Of a DNA stretch of 64,000 nt, positions 56,568-64,000 are shown in pieces. The notes under the pieces were generated by a model. That model saw only the letters and a list, made by a program, of their open reading frames with translations, had not been told where the DNA came from and searched no databases. This DNA is from an uncultured Solirubrobacterales bacterium. GTDB lineage: Bacteria > Actinomycetota > Thermoleophilia > Solirubrobacterales > Solirubrobacteraceae. The stretch covers positions 60,203 to 124,202 of the forward strand of contig CAWGFQ010000007.1 in NCBI GenBank assembly GCA_963821895.1, given 5' to 3'. The first letter of the stretch is position 1, and each line of letters starts with the position of its first letter. A program made the position numbers and the translations under genes.

Positions 56568-57758
56568 GTGCCGCTGAGCCCGATCACCGCCCCCGAAGCC
56601 GCGCCTGTCGCACCCACGCGCCCGTGGCGCCTGCCACTCGATCCGCTGCTCACGCTCGCCGTGCTCGGCCTCGTGGTCTGCTCGATCGTCAACCTCAAGG
56701 CCGCCACACGCGACACCCTGGAAGGCCGGCCGCTCTACTACGTGGACCGCCAGGGCGTCTACCTGCTCGTGGGGCTGGTGTTGATGCTCGCGCTCTCGCG
56801 CATCGACTACTCCCGCCTGCGCCAGTTCAAGCGGGGCATTTACGCCGCGCTGATGATCTCGATCCTCGCCGTGCTCGGCCTCGGGCACTCCGCGCTCGGC
56901 TCGCAGCGCGCGATCAGCCTGCCGTTCTTCTCCTTCCAGGGCTCCGAGCTCGGCAAGGTGCTGCTCACTGTCGCGCTCGCCGCGATGGTCGTGGACCGCT
57001 CGCGGGTGCTGCACGAGCGCGAGACGACCGTGCGCGTGATGGTCGCCGCGCTGGTGCCGGCGCTGTTCGTGATCGCCCAGCCCGATCTTGGCTCGGGCAT
57101 GGTCTACGTGACGATCGCGCTCACGCTGCTCCTCGTCGCCGGCACTCCTTGGCGCCAGCTCTGCGGCCTGCTGGCGCTGGGCGCCGTGTCGATCGCGATC
57201 GTGCTGGGGGCCGCCCCCGCGATCGGCGTGCACGTGATCAAGCCCTACCAGGTCGAACGCCTGACGGCCTTCCTGCACCCCACGACCAACCCCGAGAAGC
57301 AGGGTTATCAGCAGGAGGAGGCGAAGATAGCTATCGGCTCCGGTCAGAAGACCGGCCGGGGCGCCGCTGCCACCCAGGTCTCCCTTGGATACGTGCCCGA
57401 GAGCCACACCGATTTCATCTTCGCCGCCGTCGGCGAGCAGTACGGGTTCGTGGGGGCCGCGTTCGTCCTATCCCTATACGCGCTGCTGATCTGGCGGGCC
57501 CTGCGCATCCTCACGATGTCCAAGGACCTGTTCGGTTCGCTGCTTGCCGGGGGGGTTGCGGCTATGCTGATGTTTCAGGTGTTCGTCAACGTGGGCATGG
57601 CCATAGGCATAATGCCCATCACCGGCATCACGCTGCCACTCATGAGCTACGGCGGCTCGTCGGTCATCACCACTCTTCTGGCCGTAGGTCTGCTGCAGTC
57701 GATCTACGTCCAGGCACGCGCCTCGGAGGCGTTGAAGGGCCGCGTGCCGCTTCACTAG
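56568..57758 (+). CDS. rodA: Rod shape-determining SEDS protein RodA
   Basis: QGSELGK, QPDLG, PESHTDFIF and GITLPLMSYGGSS. GGGAGG RBS before GTG 56568. Confidence 0.95.
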   Translation: MPLSPITAPEAAPVAPTRPWRLPLDPLLTLAVLGLVVCSIVNLKAATRDTLEGRPLYYVDRQGVYLLVGLVLMLALSRIDYSRLRQFKRGIYAALMISILAVLGLGHSALGSQRAISLPFFSFQGSELGKVLLTVALAAMVVDRSRVLHERETTVRVMVAALVPALFVIAQPDLGSGMVYVTIALTLLLVAGTPWRQLCGLLALGAVSIAIVLGAAPAIGVHVIKPYQVERLTAFLHPTTNPEKQGYQQEEAKIAIGSGQKTGRGAAATQVSLGYVPESHTDFIFAAVGEQYGFVGAAFVLSLYALLIWRALRILTMSKDLFGSLLAGGVAAMLMFQVFVNVGMAIGIMPITGITLPLMSYGGSSVITTLLAVGLLQSIYVQARASEALKGRVPLH

Positions 57759-57786
57759 GAAAAAATGTTCAAGAGACTGGAAAAAA

Positions 57787-59862
57787 TTGAAAAAGCAAGT
57801 TCTCGTCAGCGTCGACCGCGCGGAGACGCGCGTTGCGCTGCTGGAGGCCGCCGGCAAGCCCGCCGCCTCCTCAACCACCACGCGCCGCAGTGCCGGCGCC
57901 AAGGGTCGGCCCGGGGCCGGCTATCGCATCGCCGAGCTGTATCTGGAGCGCCGCGGAGCGCGCTCGATCGTCGGGAACATCTACAAGGGCAAGGTCGATA
58001 ACGTCCTACCGGGCCTTGAGGCCGCGTTCGTCGACATAGGCCTCGAGAAGAACGGCTTCCTGCACGTCGACGAGATCGTGCTGCCCGGTGTCGAGGCGCC
58101 CAAGCGCGGGCGCAGCGGCGGGCGCAAAATCTCCGAGCTTTTGAAGCCCGGCCAGGAGGTCGTCGTGCAGGTCGTCAAGGACCCCCTGAAGACCAAGGGC
58201 GCGCGCCTGTCGATGGAGGTCACGATCGCCGGCCGCTACATGGTCTACACCCCCTCCGGGGAGGGCCTGGGCGTCTCCCGACGCCTGGAGGACCGCGAGC
58301 GCGAGCGCCTGCGCAAGGAGACCGCCAAGCTGGATTTGGGCCACGGCGGCGCGATCGTCCGCACCGCCGCGCACGGCGCCAAGCGCGCCGACTTCGAGCG
58401 CGAGCTGCTGTATCTGCACAAGCTGTATGAGGTGCTTTTGAAGCGCGTCGATGAGACCGGCGCGCCCGGGATGGTCTTCCAGGAGGCCGACCTATCGGTC
58501 AGGGTGGTGCGCGACATCTTCAGCGAGCACTTCGAGCGGGCGATCGTCGACGACGAGCTGCAGCACCGCCGGTTGGTGTCCTTCTTCTCGCGCACCGCGC
58601 CGGAGCTGGTCGAGCGCGTGGAGCTGTGGCAGGAGCCCACGCCGCTGTTCGAGGCCTACGGCGTGGAGAAGGCGATCGACGGCGTTCTGTCCCGCCGCGT
58701 CGATCTCCCCAGCGGCGGCTACCTGATCATCGACTACGCCGAGGCATTGACGGTGATCGACGTCAACAGCGGCAGCTTCATCGGCCGCGGCAAGGGTGCC
58801 GCGCTGGAGGACACGATCACCAAGACCAATCTGGAGGCGGCCGAGGAGGTCGTCAACCAGCTGCGCCTGCGCGACATCGGCGGCATCATCGTGATCGACT
58901 TCATCGACATGGCCCGCGCGCGCAACCGCGACGCGGTGATGAAGGTGCTGCGCAAGTCCCTGGACGAAGACCGCACGAAGACCTTCACCGCGGAGATATC
59001 GCGGCTGGGGTTGGTGGAGATGACGCGTCAGAACGTCACCGAGGGCGTGCGCGAGATCATGAGCCGCCCCTGCCCGACGTGCGAGGGCGAGGGCGTGATC
59101 CGCTCCGAGGAGACGATCGCGATCGAGTTCGAGCGGCGCTTGCGCGACATTGCCGTCGAGAACCCCGATGCAGAGGCGTTCCTCGTGCAGATCAACCCGC
59201 GCGTGACGGCCCAGTTCACCGGCCAGGGCTCGCGCGCGCTGCACGCCTTGGAGGCCCACACCGGCCGCTCCTTCCACTTCGAGGGCTCCGAAGGCTTGGC
59301 GCTCGATCACTTCGCGATCACCTTCCAGGGCACGCTCGGGGAGGTGCAGGAGCGGGCCTTGCCCTTCCACGAGGGCGATGAGGTGCTGGTGGACGTAGTC
59401 GAGCCGCACATGTACGACGTGGATGACGCCGTGGCCAAGATCGACGGCTACATCATTTCGATCTCCGGGGCCTCGCTGCACGTGGGCGAGAAAAAGATGG
59501 TGCGCATCGAGCAGGTCGGGCGCACCGCGGCAACCGCGCTCTTGCTGGACGAGAACGGCGAGGTGGTGCGCCCCGCGCCGCGTTCGGCCACGCCCGCCAA
59601 GCGCCGCCCGCGCCGCACGCGCGCGAAGGCCCCGGTCAAGCCGCGCGTGAAGGCCAACGAGGACGCGCAGGCGTCGGTGCCCGAGCTGGAGCCCGCGGGC
59701 GTGGCGGTGGCCGTCGCCGAGCCCGAGCCCTCCCGCAACGGCGACGCGCCCGATTCCGATCACGCTGGCGAGAGCGCCGAGGATGGCGTATCATCCAAGC
59801 CTCGGCGTCGTGGCCGCAGGGGCGGGCGACGCCGTTCGGCTGCTAAAGCGGAAGCGGAGTAG
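57787..59862 (+). CDS. Ribonuclease E/G family protein with a C-terminal TRAM-like domain
   Basis: GNIYKGKV, AAFVDIG, KGARL, IDVNSG, LRDIGGIIVIDFIDM and CPTC. Confidence 0.95.
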   Translation: MKKQVLVSVDRAETRVALLEAAGKPAASSTTTRRSAGAKGRPGAGYRIAELYLERRGARSIVGNIYKGKVDNVLPGLEAAFVDIGLEKNGFLHVDEIVLPGVEAPKRGRSGGRKISELLKPGQEVVVQVVKDPLKTKGARLSMEVTIAGRYMVYTPSGEGLGVSRRLEDRERERLRKETAKLDLGHGGAIVRTAAHGAKRADFERELLYLHKLYEVLLKRVDETGAPGMVFQEADLSVRVVRDIFSEHFERAIVDDELQHRRLVSFFSRTAPELVERVELWQEPTPLFEAYGVEKAIDGVLSRRVDLPSGGYLIIDYAEALTVIDVNSGSFIGRGKGAALEDTITKTNLEAAEEVVNQLRLRDIGGIIVIDFIDMARARNRDAVMKVLRKSLDEDRTKTFTAEISRLGLVEMTRQNVTEGVREIMSRPCPTCEGEGVIRSEETIAIEFERRLRDIAVENPDAEAFLVQINPRVTAQFTGQGSRALHALEAHTGRSFHFEGSEGLALDHFAITFQGTLGEVQERALPFHEGDEVLVDVVEPHMYDVDDAVAKIDGYIISISGASLHVGEKKMVRIEQVGRTAATALLLDENGEVVRPAPRSATPAKRRPRRTRAKAPVKPRVKANEDAQASVPELEPAGVAVAVAEPEPSRNGDAPDSDHAGESAEDGVSSKPRRRGRRGGRRRSAAKAEAE

Positions 59863-59870
59863 AACAGAAC

Positions 59871-60182
59871 ATGTATGCGATCGTGAAGACAGGCGGAAAG
59901 CAGTACCGCGTCGAGCGTGGTCAGCACCTGCTCGTCGAGCGCCTGCCCGCGGCCGAGGGCGCGAGCGTCGCCCTGGAGCCGATCATGTACCGCTCCGAGG
60001 AGGCGATCTTCGACGCCGAGGGCCTGAAGAAGGTGAAGGTCACCGCCAAGATCGTCGCGCACGAGCGCGGCGAGAAGCTCAGGGTCTTCAAGTTCAAGCC
60101 CAAGCGCGGCTACAAGCGCCGCAACGGCCACCGCCAGGAGCTGACCCGCATCGAGGTAACGGAGATCGCGCATGGCTCATAA
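59871..60182 (+). CDS. rplU: 50S ribosomal protein L21
   Basis: [14 protein letters not shown]...GHRQ. Confidence 0.98.
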   Translation: MYAIVKTGGKQYRVERGQHLLVERLPAAEGASVALEPIMYRSEEAIFDAEGLKKVKVTAKIVAHERGEKLRVFKFKPKRGYKRRNGHRQELTRIEVTEIAHGS

Positions 60183-60423
60183 GAAGGGACTCGGCTCAAG
60201 TCGCAACGGCCGCGAATCCAACGCCCAGCGCCTGGGCGTCAAGACCTTCGCGGGCGAGACCGTCACGGGCGGGGAGATCATCGTGCGCCAGCGCGGCACC
60301 CGCTTCAAGCCCGGCACCGGAGTTGGCATCGGCAAAGACGACACCCTGTACGCCCGCGCCGCCGGCACAGTCGTGTTCACCACCGGCCGCCGTGGTCGCG
60401 TGGTCAGCATCGAAGGCCAGTAG
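60172..60423 (+). CDS. rpmA: 50S ribosomal protein L27
   Basis: MAHKKG.GSSRNGR...IIVRQRGT...GKDDTL. Confidence 0.98.
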   Translation: MAHKKGLGSSRNGRESNAQRLGVKTFAGETVTGGEIIVRQRGTRFKPGTGVGIGKDDTLYARAAGTVVFTTGRRGRVVSIEGQ

Positions 60424-60475
60424 CCGGGTTGGCCGCTGCGCCCGCTGGTGGGGCGCGGCCTGTCACGATCAGCTG

Positions 60476-61840
60476 ATGCTCCACGACCGCGCGCGCATCC
60501 ACGTCGAGGCCGGCGGCGGCGGCGACGGCAGCGCGGGCTTCCGCCGCGAGGCGCACGTGCCGCGCGGCGGACCCGACGGCGGCGACGGCGGCCGCGGGGG
60601 CAACGTCGTGCTCGTCTGCGACGACTCGCTGCGGGATTTGCAGGGGTTTACGCGCAAGGCCCATCACCATGCGCGGCGCGGCGGCAACGGGGAAGGGTCC
60701 CAGCGCCACGGGGCCGACGGCCTCGCGCTTGAGATCCGGGTGCCGCCGGGGACGCAGGCGCACGGCGAGGACGAGGACCTGGCAGGGCGGGGCTGGGAGC
60801 TGCTGCGCGACGGCCAGCGCGCCGTGATCGCGCAGGGCGGCAGCGGCGGTAGGGGGAACAAGCGCTTTGCCACGTCCACGCGCCAGGCCCCCCGCTTTGC
60901 CGAGCGCGGCCTGCCGGGCGAGCAGGGGTGGTTGGAGTTGCGCCTGAAGCTGCTGGCCGACGTGGGCCTCGTGGGCCTGCCAAACGCCGGGAAGTCCTCG
61001 CTGCTCGCGCGCCTCACCCGCGCGGCCCCCAAGGTCGCCGGCTACCCCTTTACGACGCTTGAGCCGAATCTGGGCGTGCTCGAAAGCGACGAACGCCAGC
61101 TGATTCTGGCCGACATCCCCGGCCTGATCGAGGGCGCCAGCGAAGGAGCGGGCCTCGGCCATGAGTTCCTAGCGCACGTCGAGCGCACGCGCCTGCTCGT
61201 GCACGTCCTGGATCTAGCGCCCGAGTTGTCCGGCGGGGAGGAGGCCGACCCGATTGCCAACCACGCCACGATCGAGCGGGAGCTATCTGCGCACGACCCA
61301 AGGCTGGCAGCGCTCCCGCGCGTGCTGGCGCTCTCCAAAGCCGATCTGGTGCCACCCGAACGGGTTGCGCAGGCCGTTGCGGAGTGGTCGGCGCGCCTGG
61401 CGGTGGATGGGGTGCGGGTGCCCGTGATCGCCACGTCCGCGGCCACGGGCCTCGGCCTTCAGGAGCTGGCGGGGGAGCTGCTGCGCCTGGTTCCCGCCGC
61501 GGCCACCGTCCCGGCAGGCGGCGCCGCCTTGGATGAGGCCCCCGGCGCAGCCTCCGTCCCCGAGCCCGACGGCGAGCTGGCCGAGCACATGGTCTACCGG
61601 CCCGCCGCCCGCGACGGCTTCTCCGTAGAGCAGACAGGCCCCGGCGTCTATGCCGTGCGCGGCCGGGGCATCGAGCGTCTGCTCCAGCGGTTCGACGTCG
61701 AGAACGAGGACGCCATGGCCTACGTCGAGGCCCGCCTGCGCCGCCTCGGGGTCATCCAGGCGCTGGAGGCGAAGGGCTTTCAGCCGGGCGATGACATCGA
61801 GATCGGCGGGACCGTGCTGGAGCTGGATCCGTCGGGCTGA
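60476..61840 (+). CDS. obgE: GTPase ObgE/CgtA
   Basis: Gly-rich Obg fold (GGPDGGDGGRGG), GLPNAGKS, YPFTT, DIPG and a C-terminal OCT domain. Confidence 0.97.
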   Translation: MLHDRARIHVEAGGGGDGSAGFRREAHVPRGGPDGGDGGRGGNVVLVCDDSLRDLQGFTRKAHHHARRGGNGEGSQRHGADGLALEIRVPPGTQAHGEDEDLAGRGWELLRDGQRAVIAQGGSGGRGNKRFATSTRQAPRFAERGLPGEQGWLELRLKLLADVGLVGLPNAGKSSLLARLTRAAPKVAGYPFTTLEPNLGVLESDERQLILADIPGLIEGASEGAGLGHEFLAHVERTRLLVHVLDLAPELSGGEEADPIANHATIERELSAHDPRLAALPRVLALSKADLVPPERVAQAVAEWSARLAVDGVRVPVIATSAATGLGLQELAGELLRLVPAAATVPAGGAALDEAPGAASVPEPDGELAEHMVYRPAARDGFSVEQTGPGVYAVRGRGIERLLQRFDVENEDAMAYVEARLRRLGVIQALEAKGFQPGDDIEIGGTVLELDPSG

Positions 61841-62059
61841 CTATGCGGCGGCGCTGTGCGGGGTCACTGGTGCAGGGAGCGCTTCCAGCAATGTCTGGGG
61901 CAGCCTCGTGCTGGCATCCCAGACCTCGATCGCGACAAGTGCACGGCTCGCACGATCGTAGTCGCGCAGTCCCCCGGCGACGCGCTCGCTGACCACGTCG
62001 TTCGATTCGCCCGTAGGGAACCAGGCGATGTCTGCGTCGGCATCGTAGTAGGCGTACAT
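61841..62059 (-). CDS. DUF2283-like protein (putative antitoxin)
   Basis: YYDADADIAWF...DYD...LVAIEVWDAS. Confidence 0.75.
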   Translation of the reverse strand: MYAYYDADADIAWFPTGESNDVVSERVAGGLRDYDRASRALVAIEVWDASTRLPQTLLEALPAPVTPHSAAA

Positions 62060-62068
62060 ACCCAGAGC

Positions 62069-62326
62069 TTACTCCGAGCGATCCAGACGCCAGGCCGAGA
62101 CGACCCTCGCACGTGATTCGTCGCTGCCTGCGGGGTGGTCATAGACGGCTTCAAAAGGAACTCCGTGGGCCGTGATGCCGACGACGAGCCAGTCGGCCTC
62201 CCCGTTGTTGACTCGCCGGTCCTCGTGCCCCGCGCGGATCGCGCGCTCGACATCGAGGCGCGTCAGGCGCCGCTGGGCGAGGCGCAGGAGGGCGTGTTCG
62301 GTCCAAACGAAGCGCTCGATGGCCAT
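62069..62326 (-). CDS. DUF4258-like protein (RelE-like putative toxin)
   Basis: WTEHALLRLAQRRLT..DVERAI...VVSAW. Leaderless ATG after TAGACT, paired with DUF2283. Confidence 0.75.
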   Translation of the reverse strand: MAIERFVWTEHALLRLAQRRLTRLDVERAIRAGHEDRRVNNGEADWLVVGITAHGVPFEAVYDHPAGSDESRARVVSAWRLDRSE

Positions 62327-62376
62327 GCCGAGGAAGTCTATGCAGGCCGTCCAGCGAGATCTTTTGCGCCAGGGGG

Positions 62377-62406
62377 TTGACGCGGGTCCTGATTTATGTC
62401 TATGAT
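62377..62406 (+). promoter_or_regulatory. Sigma70-type promoter of surface-protein cassette 3
   Basis: TTGACG-N18-TATGAT, at the same relative position as 14915-14943. Confidence 0.7.
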
Positions 62407-62449
62407 GGGCAATGTCCGGTTGGTTCTTAGGACCAAGCGGTGTTTTCAT

Positions 62450-62741
62450 GACATAGGATCTTGTTTGGGTTCGGCCCCTGCGGCCGGCTGTGATTCGTAG
62501 GCAGGGTTTCTCCGGGAGAGGGACCGGGTTTCGAACGTAGAGGGAGATGGTGTTCGCGTGAGTTCGACTTCGACCGACGTGCCGAGGGTGCACAGCGCCT
62601 CGTCTGGGGCCTTGACTAGATGCAACAGCATGGCTGGTGCATCTCTCTCTCTCTCTCTCTCTCTTAGCGGCTCGGCCCAGATTTAGGGCTCCTCGCCGTT
62701 TTGCCGCCGTGGGTCGGGTGCCTGGGGCGGTTTTGTGCTGC
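62450..62741 (+). promoter_or_regulatory. Conserved leader homologous to 14978-15278, with hairpin and (TC)11T tract
   Basis: Identical blocks GACATAGGATCTTGTTTGGGT, GGGAGAGGGAC, GAGGGAGATG.TGTTCGCGTGAGTTCG, the 33-nt GCCTTGACTAGATGCAACAGCATGGCTGGTGCA and GGGGCGGTTTTGTGCTGC. Confidence 0.9.
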
Positions 62742-64000
62742 GCCGGGTTGCTGGTCGCGGTGGGCCTGTGTTCGCCCGGCGCGGCCTTGGCGGGGGAAGG
62801 GTGCCCCAATGAACAGCTGCGCGCGGAAAACAACTCGCTGGGGCTGCCGGATTGCCGGGCTTATGAGATGGTCACGCCGGCGGATAAGAACAGCGCCCAT
62901 GTGGAACGTGTGACGGTGCCGACGGTGGCGGCTGATGGGTCGAGCTTGGTGGGCGAGACTGCGGAAGGATTCGGGGGACTGACCAATGACGAACTGCCAA
63001 CAGGGGGAAAAGCTTTTTATCGTTTTTCGCGGACTGGGTTGGGTTGGGTGACGACTCCGTTGACTCCTTATCGTGGCGCATTTTGGGGTATTGGGTTGGG
63101 GGGTTTGAATTCGGTTTGGGGGCCGGCGGAACAGTCGAGTGTGGCGCGGTTGCGTTTGCGTGGGGTGGATGGTTCGTTGAGTGAAATCGGCCCGGTGTGG
63201 CCGCCGTCTCTCGGACCGAACCAAGTTAATGCCGTGTCGCCCTTTGATGTTATTGGTGCTGCGGCTGAAGCGGTGAATGGGGTTGTGTTCACCATTCGTG
63301 AACCTGGGTTTTTGTGGCCGTTCGACTCGACGATCGGACAGCAGTCGTTGTATGAGTATCGGGGTACGGGTAATGCGTCGCCGAGCCTGGTTGGGGTCAG
63401 TGGGGGGGCTGGTAGTACGGTGTTGATCAGTCAGTGCGGGACGTGGCGCGGTGGTAGTTACAATATTCATTTTACAGAAGAAGAAGTGCGTAATGCTGTC
63501 TCTGAAGGTGGGGGGACGGTGTTCTTCACGGCTGTCGGCGCGGACAGTGATGCTTGTGGTGGGGTGCAGCCGCCTGTGAATGAGTTGTTCGCGCGGATCG
63601 ATGAGGAAAGGACGGTAGCGATCTCCGAGCCCACCACAGCGGATTGTGTGTTGTGTGATACGAGCGCGCCGGCGGATGCGGTGTTCCAGGGTGCCTCGGC
63701 GGACGGGTCGAAGGTGTTCTTCACGACCAAGCAGTCGCTGCTGGGGCATGATACGAGCGGGAACCTCTACGAGTACGATTTCGATGCCCCGGCCGGCCAG
63801 CGGGTGGTGCGTGTCTCGGGTGGGGATGGGAGTGTCTCAGAACCCGTGGCTGAAGTGCAGGGTGTGCCGTATGTCTCCGAGGACGGGTCGCACGTCTACT
63901 TCTACGCGAAGGGCGTGTTGACGAGCGGGGCGAACAGTACGGGTGAACATGCCCTGGCGGGTGGCGAAAACCTTTATGTGTATGAGCGCGATGCGGAATA
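62637..64000 (+). CDS. Secreted beta-propeller protein, close paralog of 15332-18764 (truncated by the window end; start uncertain and probably phase-dependent)
   Basis: Manual translation is open from 62616 to the end: ...PGAALAGEGCPNEQLRAENNSLGLPDCRAYEMVTP...SADGSKVFF...SEDGSHVYF. It is absent from the ORF track because it has no stop in the window. Confidence 0.88.
   Translation, partial: MHLSLSLSLLAARPRFRAPRRFAAVGRVPGAVLCCAGLLVAVGLCSPGAALAGEGCPNEQLRAENNSLGLPDCRAYEMVTPADKNSAHVERVTVPTVAADGSSLVGETAEGFGGLTNDELPTGGKAFYRFSRTGLGWVTTPLTPYRGAFWGIGLGGLNSVWGPAEQSSVARLRLRGVDGSLSEIGPVWPPSLGPNQVNAVSPFDVIGAAAEAVNGVVFTIREPGFLWPFDSTIGQQSLYEYRGTGNASPSLVGVSGGAGSTVLISQCGTWRGGSYNIHFTEEEVRNAVSEGGGTVFFTAVGADSDACGGVQPPVNELFARIDEERTVAISEPTTADCVLCDTSAPADAVFQGASADGSKVFFTTKQSLLGHDTSGNLYEYDFDAPAGQRVVRVSGGDGSVSEPVAEVQGVPYVSEDGSHVYFYAKGVLTSGANSTGEHALAGGENLYVYERDAE
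62642..62664 (+). repeat. (TC)11T microsatellite
   Basis: Read directly from the sequence. Confidence 0.95.

Noticed and set aside
59783..60475. Apparent long N-terminal extension of ObgE; likewise the extended starts of mrdA (54164), rodA (56424), sufB (14921) and the 62069-62833 ORF
   Set aside because: They overlap neighbouring genes or leaders, and homology begins at the downstream starts given in the features.

Overview
This is a high-GC chromosomal window from an actinobacterium. The gene content and protein families suggest Thermoleophilia/Solirubrobacterales, which is an inference. The core backbone comprises the gltB end and gltD, ispH, a SUF Fe-S cluster locus (Rrf2-sufC-sufD-sufS-sufU ... 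sufB, plus a DUF59/sufT gene), and tig-clpP-clpX-valS-folC-ndk-maf-mreBCD-mrdA-rodA-rne/rng-rplU-rpmA-obgE. Accessory content: (i) a C5 methyltransferase-endonuclease-Vsr operon with a LexA box over its predicted promoter, followed by a lone aGPT-Pplase3-like gene; (ii) three paralogous secreted-protein cassettes at 15-23 kb, 29.4-36 kb and 62.4 kb to the end, built from a beta-propeller protein with a basic two-Cys C-terminal motif, a ~1100-aa Cys-repeat protein and, in one cassette, a small hairpin-bracketed secreted protein; (iii) an IS3-family element that disrupts one propeller gene; (iv) three toxin-antitoxin-like pairs. The most striking signal is a conserved ~300-nt leader in front of two propeller genes. 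It has a sigma70-type promoter, a leader ORF, an identical hairpin and a (TC)n tract, followed by TAG stops in both off-frames. This looks like a phase-variation or RNA switch controlling a probably undescribed surface-structure system, in frame in one copy and off by one repeat in the other. No tRNA, rRNA or CRISPR array was seen. All family calls come from motif recognition, without database searches.
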